This document shows positions 56,648-64,000 of a stretch of DNA of 64,000 nucleotides, piece by piece. Location: contig JAKSRZ010000001.1 of NCBI GenBank assembly GCA_024403375.1, positions 11,303 through 75,302 of the forward strand, written 5' to 3'. Position 1 is the stretch's first letter, and every line of letters begins with the position of its first letter. A model generated the notes under the pieces. The model was not told the origin of the DNA. It did no database searches and was given only the letters and a program-made list of their open reading frames with translations. This DNA is from Lachnospiraceae bacterium (GTDB taxonomy: Bacteria; Bacillota; Clostridia; Lachnospirales; Lachnospiraceae). The position numbers were made by a program, and so were the translations under genes.

Positions 56648-57382
56648 ATGCTTGAACTAAAAAATATTACCTATTTCGTTGATGACGAAAACAATCAGAA
56701 AGGCATCCTGAAGGACGTTTCCTTTACGGTAGATGAGCGTTTTGTTGCCATCACCGGTCCAAACGGTGGCGGAAAATCCACCCTTGCAAAGGTTATTGCC
56801 GGCATTGTAAAGCCTACTTCCGGCCAGATTATCTTTGACGGTCAGGACATTACAGATTTGAATATTACAGAGCGAGCAAACCTTGGCATAAGCTATGCTT
56901 TCCAGCAGCCCGTACGCTTCAAGGGTCTCACTGTTAAGGACCTTATCCAGCTTGCAGCAGGCGAACAGAAAAATGTTACGGATATTTGCTCTGTTCTCTC
57001 AGAGGTTGGCCTTTGTGCCAAGGATTATATCAACAGAGAAGTAAATGCATCTCTCTCCGGCGGCGAACTTAAGCGTATAGAAATCGCCATGATTCTCGCC
57101 CGCGGCACTAAATTTTCAGTGTTTGATGAGCCCGAAGCCGGTATCGATCTCTGGAGCTTCCAGAATCTCATTAAAGTATTCGAAAGAATGCACGAGCAGA
57201 CAAATGGTTCTCTCCTCATTATTTCTCATCAGGAAAGAATTCTGGATATCGCAGATAAGATTATTGTTGTTTCAGGCGGTAAGGTTACTGCTATGGGAAC
57301 AAAGGACGAGATTCTCCCCGAGCTTCTTAGTGCATCTTCTGCTCCCGCTGCCTGTCCCACACTTACAGATAAAATCAACTAG
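56648..57382 (+). CDS. sufC: Fe-S cluster assembly ATPase SufC-like
   Basis: 244-aa ORF with GPNGGGKST, LSGGELKRIEIAMIL and FDEPEAGIDL. Paired with a SufB/D-fold gene. Confidence 0.75.
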   Translation: MLELKNITYFVDDENNQKGILKDVSFTVDERFVAITGPNGGGKSTLAKVIAGIVKPTSGQIIFDGQDITDLNITERANLGISYAFQQPVRFKGLTVKDLIQLAAGEQKNVTDICSVLSEVGLCAKDYINREVNASLSGGELKRIEIAMILARGTKFSVFDEPEAGIDLWSFQNLIKVFERMHEQTNGSLLIISHQERILDIADKIIVVSGGKVTAMGTKDEILPELLSASSAPAACPTLTDKIN

Positions 57383-57391
57383 GAGGCAAAT

Positions 57392-58309
57392 ATGGATCAG
57401 ATTCAGAAAACATTATTAGAAGAGATCGCAGGCCTCCACGAAGTGCCTCAGGGTGCATACAATATTCGTGTAGATGGTCAGTTAGATTCACGTGCAACCA
57501 CGGAAAATATCGACATTGTCACAAAAACAGACGTTTCCGGAATTGACATTTATGTTAAGCCCGGCACAAAGCACGAAAGTCTCCATATTCCCGTTCTTCT
57601 TTCCAAAAGCGGACTTAAGGAGACCGTTTACAACGATTTCCACATCGGAGACGATTGCGACGTGACCATTATTGCAGGATGCGGCATTCACAATGGCGGT
57701 GACCAGGCATCTGAGCATAGCGGCATCCACTCATTCTTTGTAGGCAAAAACGCAAAGGTTCGTTATGTGGAGAAGCACTACGGCACAGGCGAGGGCACAG
57801 GTGAAAGAATCATGAACCCTACCACTGTGGTTAATCTTGGCGAAGGCTCCACTCTCGAAATGGAGATGGTTCAGATTCGCGGCGTAGATTCCACCATCAG
57901 AACAACCACAGGTGAACTTAAGGCAAACGCTTCTCTTACCATTAAAGAAAGTCTGATGACACACGGTAAACAGACTGCCGAATCCAATTTCCGCATCGAA
58001 ATGAACGGAGAAGGTTCTCACATTAATCTTGTATCACGTTCTGTTGCCCGCGACACTTCCCGTCAGGTTTTCCGTTCGGAAATCGTAGGAAACACCGCAT
58101 GCACCGGACACTCAGAATGTGACGCCATCATCATGGACAAAGCTTCCGTATCGGCTATTCCCGAGCTTACAGCCAATTGCCTTGATGCTGAGCTTATCCA
58201 CGAAGCTGCCATCGGAAAAATTGCCGGCGAACAGCTTATGAAGCTTATGACCCTCGGCCTTACAGAAGCTGAAGCCGAAGAACAGATTATCAACGGATTC
58301 TTAAAATAA
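57392..58309 (+). CDS. short SufB/SufD-family protein
   Basis: 305-aa ORF with beta-helix repeats and the conserved C-terminus LIHEAAIGKIAGEQLMKLMTLGLTEAEAEEQIINGF. Confidence 0.75.
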   Translation: MDQIQKTLLEEIAGLHEVPQGAYNIRVDGQLDSRATTENIDIVTKTDVSGIDIYVKPGTKHESLHIPVLLSKSGLKETVYNDFHIGDDCDVTIIAGCGIHNGGDQASEHSGIHSFFVGKNAKVRYVEKHYGTGEGTGERIMNPTTVVNLGEGSTLEMEMVQIRGVDSTIRTTTGELKANASLTIKESLMTHGKQTAESNFRIEMNGEGSHINLVSRSVARDTSRQVFRSEIVGNTACTGHSECDAIIMDKASVSAIPELTANCLDAELIHEAAIGKIAGEQLMKLMTLGLTEAEAEEQIINGFLK

Positions 58310-59370
58310 TGAATAAGCCAATACTTACAATCGGATTACTCGTTTCAAACAGAATTGACACCATAGAAAAGTGCCTTAATTCCTTGAAACCATTGCTGGA
58401 AGAACTTCCGGCCGAGCTGATTGTTGCAGATACCGTCGGCCCGGAAAAGACCGACGGTTCTCTTTATATTGCCGAAAAATTCACCGACAAGGTGACCCAT
58501 TTCGAATGGTGCAACGACTTTTCAGCCGCAAGAAATGCCACTCTCCTGCCCGCAAAGGGAGAATGGTTCATGTTTTTGGACGATGATGAGTGGTTCGAGG
58601 ATGTTACAGAAATAATTGATTTTTTCAAAAGCGGTGAATACAAAAACTATAATTCCGCAACCTATATCATTCGCAATTATACTGACTTTGAAGGCACCGG
58701 TTATGGTGACAGCAGCATTTTAAGAATGATAAAGCGAACTCCCTCTCTCAAGTTTGAGGGGAATATCCACGAACATTTCAATAAAGTTTACAGGCCGTGT
58801 AAGCGTTTTGAATGTTTTGTGCATCATTATGGCTATGTTTACACCTCAGAGGAACAGAAAAAAGCTCATTCCGAGCGTAACATGAGCCTTCTGCAGAAGG
58901 AAATCGAAAAGAATCCTATGGATTTGCGTTTGCATACCCAGATGGCTCTTGAGCTTGCAAATTTTGACAATGTAAATGCCATTAAATATGTTCAGTCAGC
59001 TCTGCAGCTTTTCAGTTCCGAAGCCTCCGAGCCTTGCTATCAGTGGCTTACAGTGCTCCAGTTCAGGCTGTATGAGGCTCTTGGATTTTCAGTGGAATTC
59101 GCAGAGAAGACCTATAACTCGCTTGTTCAGAAGTCTGCCCTTAATGAGACTGCTCTCTGTGCCGCAAATTATTGTATGATGCGCATTTGTCTTATAAAAG
59201 ACGACAAAAATACTGCCTTTTCCCACGGAATGAAATATATGGAGCTTATTAATCTCCTAAATTCAAACCCAAAGAAAAAGGCAGATCAGGATTATGCTGA
59301 TTTTGCCAGATACATTTCTGAAGATGCCATCCGAACAATAAATGAATATTTATTAATGTGTCAGCTGTAG
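58309..59370 (+). CDS. family-2 glycosyltransferase with a helical C-terminal half
   Basis: 353-aa ORF with GT-A N-terminus LTIGLLVSNRIDTIEKCL and DxD as DDDEWF. Its start overlaps the sufBD stop (TAATG). Paralogous to both modules of the gene at 59377-62085. Confidence 0.8.
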   Translation: MNKPILTIGLLVSNRIDTIEKCLNSLKPLLEELPAELIVADTVGPEKTDGSLYIAEKFTDKVTHFEWCNDFSAARNATLLPAKGEWFMFLDDDEWFEDVTEIIDFFKSGEYKNYNSATYIIRNYTDFEGTGYGDSSILRMIKRTPSLKFEGNIHEHFNKVYRPCKRFECFVHHYGYVYTSEEQKKAHSERNMSLLQKEIEKNPMDLRLHTQMALELANFDNVNAIKYVQSALQLFSSEASEPCYQWLTVLQFRLYEALGFSVEFAEKTYNSLVQKSALNETALCAANYCMMRICLIKDDKNTAFSHGMKYMELINLLNSNPKKKADQDYADFARYISEDAIRTINEYLLMCQL

Positions 59371-59390
59371 GTCGTCCTACAGCTTTTCTC
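59363..59390 (+). terminator. hairpin spanning both convergent stop codons
   Basis: AGCUGUAGG-UCGU-CCUACAGCU (perfect 9 bp) followed by UUUUCUCUU on the plus strand. Confidence 0.45.
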
Positions 59391-62085
59391 TTAAGTCCTT
59401 TGGAAGATACTTTTCCATACCCGCCTCAAAAAGATCAGGATTAAGGAATCGCTGATAGAAAAGTTTTATCTCTGTTGCGTCCGGCAATCCTTTTAAAGTG
59501 TAAAGAATAGGCCCCTTACATCTTGCCGGCTCTGCAAAAATCGACCAATCAATACCTTTCCAGTATTCAAAAGCTTTTTCATACTTTTCAAGGTGGTTAC
59601 ACACCTGAGCACCGGCCGTTTTCATTGCATTCTTGCAGGCATCGGAACGGAATCTGGGGAAATCCATCTGGCTTTCCATCAGCTTTGCATCCGGGTTCTC
59701 TTCGAAAAATCTCTCCATTTCAAAATATTCTTCAACGTCTTTCTCTATCAATTCTATGTAGTCTGACATATCCGAATAATGGGTAATTGTATCAACCTCA
59801 ACCTCAGCCAGTACAAGTCTTGCAAAATGGGTTAAATTATATGTCTCTCGTATCTCTTTTACCCTTTCAGCCATTCCTGCTGCATCTTTTTTCAGCAGAA
59901 AATATCTTGCCTGTGCACATATACACCATTGAGTGCAGTTATCTCTCTCCTCACCCATTTTAACCAGTTCTTCCACATACTGTTTTCCCAGCCTGTAGCC
60001 TTCATCACATCGCTTCGGAATATTCATGAGTTCCTGAACCATCTGGGCACATCTGTGAGGATTTATCCCGCTTTCTCGAATCTCCGCCTCCAATAAAGTC
60101 ATGTTACGGAGGCTTTTTGCCGCCCTTTCTTCAGGCGTTTTAAAACGATAACCTGCGTGATGAACGTAGCTCTGAAACGCATACGCCGGAAGATGCGCCT
60201 CATTAAAGGTTTCATGAATTTTTCCCTCAAAATGAGTATCCGGTTTGCGCCTTACCATTCTTACCGGCATCGCCATACTATAAGAACCATCCATAGTATA
60301 GTTCTTAACATAGTATGTTGCAGCATTAAACTTATGCACCTTATCACTCTTGAAAAAATCGATTAATTCTGTAACGTTTTCGAACCATTCATCATCGTCC
60401 TGGAACATAAACCATTCACCACGTGAATGCTTTATAAGCTCATTTCTTGCTGCTGAAAAATCGTTTATCCACTCAAAGCGATATATTTTATCTGTATACT
60501 GTTTGCAGATCTCTATGGAACCGTCTGACTTTTCAGGGCCAACAGTATCCACTACAATCAGCTCAGAAGGAACTGCATCAAGCAGCGGCTTTAATGCTTT
60601 CATACCTTTTTCAACATACTCGATATTATTTGAAACAAGTATGCCTATAGATAAGATAATGTCACTTTTTACAAAGCCTGATCCATATGTCTCTATCTTT
60701 ATTTTCTCTTCCGGCTCTTTCTGTTCGGTCTTTTCTACTGTTACCGGCACCACGTTCTTATTCAACACCTTTAAAAGGTCCGAAGGCAGATATTTCTCGT
60801 TTCCTTCCTCGAAAATACATTCATTCATAAAGTGTCTGTAATAAGCAGTAAGCGGCTCCGTATCTTCTAAATTTTGAAATGTATATCTTAAGACGTCCTT
60901 ATAACGGGACGGATTATCAAGGATTGTCCAATCCACGTCTGACCAATATTTATAGGCAAGTTCGAATTTATTAAGGTAGTTGCAGGCTTGAGCTCCCGCA
61001 ATTCTCATTGCATTCTTGCGTTCGTCCGTATAAAAGCGCGGAAGATCCAATTGAGTTTCCACAAGACGTTCATTAGGGTGATTGCTTAAATATTCATCCA
61101 TTTCAAAGTAGGTTTTAACGTCCTCCAATATGAGTTCAAGATACTTTGAAGAATCGCCATAGTTTGTAACACCCTCGACCTCAATTTCCGCAATGGCCAG
61201 TGCCGCATAGTGAGAAAGCTTGTATTTATTTCTGATTTCAGCAACTCGCTTTATGATCGCTTCGCCATCGCCCTTTATCAGAAAATATCTGGGCTGTGCC
61301 ACCAACATCCATTGTGTGCAATTACTGTGTCCAAGTCCTGCTTCCACAAGCTTATCCACATATTCAAGGTTAAGCCTGTATCCTTCCTCTTGCCTTTCCG
61401 GAATATTCATATATTCCTGAACAAGCTGAGCACATCTTCCCGGCACCAAGCCTGTTTCTTTCATTTCCGCTTCCAGCAAGGATATATTTCTCATGCTTTT
61501 TTTATTTTTATCTTCAGGAGAATTATAAAGATAACCCTTGTGATGGGTAAATGCAGAAAATTCCTTTCCCGGAACATTTGCCTCATTAAAGGTTTCATGA
61601 ACCCTTCCAACAAAGTGTGTGTCAGGCCTTCTTCTTATCATTCTTCCTGCAATAGCCACAGAAACAGAACCATCCATATGAGCGTCATGAGTCTGATAAA
61701 ATCCCGAATTGTATTTATACATTTCTTTGCTGTTAAAGAAATGTACAAACTCATTCACATCGTCAAACCACTCATCATCATCCTGGTACATAAACCATTC
61801 GCCATTTGAATGTTTAAGAAGCTCATTTCTCGCAGCCGAAAAGTCATTTACCCACTCAAAACGGTAAATTTTATCCGTGTACTTTCTGCACACTTCTATG
61901 GAACCGTCAGAGTTTTCAGGTCCCACCGTATCCAAAATAATAAGTTCAGAGGGCACCGCTTCCAATAATGGCTTGAGCCCCTCCATACATTTTTCAATAT
62001 ACTGGATATGGTTTGACACAAGCATACCGATGCTTAGTTTAATATTACTTTTTATATACCCATCGTTATAGGTCTGATAAGCCAT
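59377..62085 (-). CDS. 902-aa protein made of two tandem GT2 glycosyltransferase + helical-domain modules
   Basis: Start at the ATG at 62085 (MAYQTYNDGY), 1 nt after the upstream stop. Modules span about 60763-62085 and 59380-60693, each with DDDEWF. Confidence 0.8.
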   Translation of the reverse strand: MAYQTYNDGYIKSNIKLSIGMLVSNHIQYIEKCMEGLKPLLEAVPSELIILDTVGPENSDGSIEVCRKYTDKIYRFEWVNDFSAARNELLKHSNGEWFMYQDDDEWFDDVNEFVHFFNSKEMYKYNSGFYQTHDAHMDGSVSVAIAGRMIRRRPDTHFVGRVHETFNEANVPGKEFSAFTHHKGYLYNSPEDKNKKSMRNISLLEAEMKETGLVPGRCAQLVQEYMNIPERQEEGYRLNLEYVDKLVEAGLGHSNCTQWMLVAQPRYFLIKGDGEAIIKRVAEIRNKYKLSHYAALAIAEIEVEGVTNYGDSSKYLELILEDVKTYFEMDEYLSNHPNERLVETQLDLPRFYTDERKNAMRIAGAQACNYLNKFELAYKYWSDVDWTILDNPSRYKDVLRYTFQNLEDTEPLTAYYRHFMNECIFEEGNEKYLPSDLLKVLNKNVVPVTVEKTEQKEPEEKIKIETYGSGFVKSDIILSIGILVSNNIEYVEKGMKALKPLLDAVPSELIVVDTVGPEKSDGSIEICKQYTDKIYRFEWINDFSAARNELIKHSRGEWFMFQDDDEWFENVTELIDFFKSDKVHKFNAATYYVKNYTMDGSYSMAMPVRMVRRKPDTHFEGKIHETFNEAHLPAYAFQSYVHHAGYRFKTPEERAAKSLRNMTLLEAEIRESGINPHRCAQMVQELMNIPKRCDEGYRLGKQYVEELVKMGEERDNCTQWCICAQARYFLLKKDAAGMAERVKEIRETYNLTHFARLVLAEVEVDTITHYSDMSDYIELIEKDVEEYFEMERFFEENPDAKLMESQMDFPRFRSDACKNAMKTAGAQVCNHLEKYEKAFEYWKGIDWSIFAEPARCKGPILYTLKGLPDATEIKLFYQRFLNPDLFEAGMEKYLPKDLREKL

Positions 62086-62086
62086 T

Positions 62087-62545
62087 TTATGCTCCCATCC
62101 AGCACTTAAACACCTGTGCCATATCAGGACGCATTTTTGCCGCGTCAATTATCATGCGTGGATTCTTTTTTCCATCACAAATGAATCTGAAAAGAATATC
62201 GTTATACTGACATTCTCCGGGAAGCCATTTAATTGCCTCAGGCTCAAAGGATTCAGGCTTATACAGCATTTCATAAAATCTACGCTCTGCCATAATGCAT
62301 TCTTCCAGAAGATCTGCAAGCCCGGCATTGATCAGGCCGTTTTTTGCAGCCCTTCTAAGCTCTTCTTCAGCCATGGCGTAAAGCATGAAATTATATTCTA
62401 TTCCCGTCCCCTGTGAAAAGTATTCAAGAGCAAGGCTTAGTAACTCATCCTCAAAACAATTGGGAGTCTCTGAAATAACTTTTTTTATTTCTTCCGTGAA
62501 TTCATCCAGCGGAAGGCCATCCCACTGTCTTATCTTTTCTTCCAT
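62087..62545 (-). CDS. 152-aa unassigned cytoplasmic protein between flagellin and the glycosyltransferase
   Basis: Start set at the ATG at 62545 (RBS GAGGGAG), directly after the flagellin terminator. The ORF-track start at 62671 lies inside the terminator. Confidence 0.5.
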   Translation of the reverse strand: MEEKIRQWDGLPLDEFTEEIKKVISETPNCFEDELLSLALEYFSQGTGIEYNFMLYAMAEEELRRAAKNGLINAGLADLLEECIMAERRFYEMLYKPESFEPEAIKWLPGECQYNDILFRFICDGKKNPRMIIDAAKMRPDMAQVFKCWMGA

Positions 62546-62560
62546 TTTTTCTCCCTCTAC

Positions 62561-62664
62561 AAAAAAGGGCTGTGAAAAAACTGTGCTTGCCTTGGGGACT
62601 GGGCTTCTGTCAGATAGTACTTGACAGTAACCCCCGTCCCCAGAGCAGCGTTTTTTCACAGCCC
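62561..62664 (-). terminator. long compound intrinsic terminator after the second flagellin gene
   Basis: A perfect 15-bp outer stem (62567-62581 / 62650-62664) encloses GGGGAC/GUCCCC and CUGUCA/UGACAG helices. U6 follows on the minus strand. Confidence 0.6.
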
Positions 62665-62677
62665 CATACATAATCTA

Positions 62678-64000
62678 TTAGCCCTGAATGAGTGAAAGAA
62701 CACCCTGTGTCTGCTGATTTGCCTGTGCAAGCATTGACTGACCTGCCTGCTGAAGGATGTTGTTCTTTGAGAACTGAACCATTTCCTCAGCCATATCAAC
62801 GTCACGGATTGCAGACTCAGCTGCCTGAAGGTTCTCGGCTGTATTATCAAGGTTGGAGATTGTATGCTCAAGTCTGTTCTGTACAGCACCGAGAAGAGCT
62901 CTCTGCTTGGAAACCTTCGCAATAGCCTCATCAATGTTTCCGATGGACTCAGAAGCACCCTTCTGTGTAGCTACGTTTACGTTACCGCCATTTACGCCAA
63001 GTGCCTGAGCGGACATATCATCAATGGAGAAGCTCATTGTCTGGCCTTCATTTGCACCAACCTGAAGGATAACACCTGCGCCGCCTGATGCTACACTGTA
63101 ACCGGGCTGTCCGAGATATGCATCATCATCGCCAAGGCCCTTACCTCCTGCAAGAACAATGGGATTTGTTGTAATGTTCTTTGTAATGAATAATGTCTCA
63201 GGCTGATCAGGTGCCGCACTCTTAAGTGTAACCTCAAGTGCTACGCCCTGCTCTGCAATGATGCTTTCAATATCCTTTGCAGAATATTCCTTGCCTGACT
63301 GGAGGTGAAGCTTGTATTCTGCAGGAGTCTTTAACTTTCCGTACTGATCGTACTCAGCTGCCTGTGTAAGTTCAAATTCTTCCTTACCAATACCTGCATC
63401 AAAGGCGATAACGATAGAAAGATTCATATCCTCGCCGTATTTCTTTGCCGTAAATCCGATCTGGTTCGCACCGACAAATTCTATTGGCGTACCACCCGCA
63501 TCAACAATGACGCCGGGTCCGACCTCAGCCCTTTCGCCTGCAACAGTACGTGTTGCTGTTGTGTCACCGGAAGCTGTATATGAACCATATGTAAGATTAA
63601 GAGTGATATCGGCAGGTGCATTTAATGCTGTTGAGTCCTCCTGACGAGCTTCTTTAATGAGCTTATCAATCTCAGCCTGTGTATATGTAACATTGCTTGC
63701 AAGGTTCAATGTAAGAGTTGTTCCTGCGGAATCCCAAATAGCGGACTCAGAACCTGCAACTGCTGCTGTATTTGCAACGATACCTACGTTCTTAACGCTG
63801 GATGTAAGGAAGCCCTTAAGAGCTGTATCATAAACACCGAACTTGGGACCTGCAGAGCTTACATTTGAAGAAGCTGCTGAAAGGGAACCATCAAGCAGAG
63901 GCATTGTGTTGAATTCTGTATCTGAAGCGATTCTGTCCAACTCTTCCTGAAGCTGTTCGATTTCATCCTGAAGATTTCCACGGTCGTCGTTAGTCTCTGT
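62678..64000 (-). CDS. fliC: flagellin, second copy (N-terminal part lies beyond the right edge)
   Basis: The reading frame stays open to position 64000 (upstream residues ...DRGNLQDEIEQLQEELDRIASDTEFN). It has the conserved flagellin C-terminus ALLGAVQNRLEHTISNLD...ILQQAGQSMLAQANQ. Confidence 0.9.
   Translation of the reverse strand, partial: TETNDDRGNLQDEIEQLQEELDRIASDTEFNTMPLLDGSLSAASSNVSSAGPKFGVYDTALKGFLTSSVKNVGIVANTAAVAGSESAIWDSAGTTLTLNLASNVTYTQAEIDKLIKEARQEDSTALNAPADITLNLTYGSYTASGDTTATRTVAGERAEVGPGVIVDAGGTPIEFVGANQIGFTAKKYGEDMNLSIVIAFDAGIGKEEFELTQAAEYDQYGKLKTPAEYKLHLQSGKEYSAKDIESIIAEQGVALEVTLKSAAPDQPETLFITKNITTNPIVLAGGKGLGDDDAYLGQPGYSVASGGAGVILQVGANEGQTMSFSIDDMSAQALGVNGGNVNVATQKGASESIGNIDEAIAKVSKQRALLGAVQNRLEHTISNLDNTAENLQAAESAIRDVDMAEEMVQFSKNNILQQAGQSMLAQANQQTQGVLSLIQG

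Noticed and set aside
61497-61503. Homopolymer (A7 on the coding strand) in the glycosyltransferase as a phase-variation tract
   Set aside because: Seven residues is short for slipped-strand switching, and it encodes an ordinary KNKK stretch. No longer tracts were seen in the GT or flagellin genes.
62567-62664. Invertible promoter (inverton) downstream of flagellin
   Set aside because: 15-bp perfect inverted repeats flank 68 bp, but the insert has no -35/-10 pair on either strand. No recombinase gene is nearby. The structure is followed by a U-tract on the transcribed strand, so it is better explained as a terminator.
1-64000. Mobile elements, prophage, CRISPR-Cas, restriction-modification, toxin-antitoxin or other known defence systems
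   Set aside because: No transposase, integrase, recombinase, phage structural, nuclease/methylase pair or small TA-like gene pair was recognisable in any frame. No terminal inverted repeats or tRNA-linked boundaries were seen.

Overview
This is a 64-kb chromosomal segment that looks like a low-GC Gram-positive anaerobe, probably Clostridia and possibly Lachnospiraceae-like. That placement is an inference from spoVG-pth-mfd synteny, glgC/glgD, a perfect CIRCE element, a SigD-type promoter and GGAGG ribosome-binding sites. I call about 57 protein genes and one short SRP RNA. I saw no tRNA, rRNA, CRISPR array, transposase, integrase or recognisable defence gene.

Gene content, left to right:
- cysK 5' end; a LacI regulator with a CUT1 sugar ABC importer; SRP RNA (ffs); a NatAB-like exporter.
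- A cytoplasmic GH28 polygalacturonase, an AraC regulator and an AEC permease.
- A tightly packed 10-gene ABC cluster (11.3-20.6 kb) with two MsmK-like ATPases and five unassigned small membrane proteins.
- PAP2 phosphatase; a PrsA-like lipoprotein; mfd; pth; a polysaccharide deacetylase; spoVG; glgD; glgC.
- A flagellar module: SigD-type promoter, 1033-aa unknown protein, flagellin, fliS, then a regulator with a duplicated HTH module.
- MFS transporter; CIRCE-controlled hsp20; azlCD; livJHMGF; a second LacI regulator; metG.
- A 60-bp hairpin tandem repeat; pckA with a Lys/Ala/Pro tail; an FkbM methyltransferase; an orphan promoter with a short transcript; an M18 aminopeptidase.
- A radical-SAM activase; a GNAT; sufC-sufBD translationally coupled to a GT2 glycosyltransferase.
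- A convergent 902-aa protein made of two complete GT2 modules; a 152-aa unknown; a second flagellin gene that runs off the right edge.

Best candidates for something undescribed:
1. The flagellin-linked 1033-aa protein and the adjacent duplicated-HTH regulator.
2. The triple GT2 putative flagellin-glycosylation island.
3. The atypical ABC cluster with acidic-tail membrane proteins.

All functional calls come from motif and pattern recognition by eye. No database search was run.
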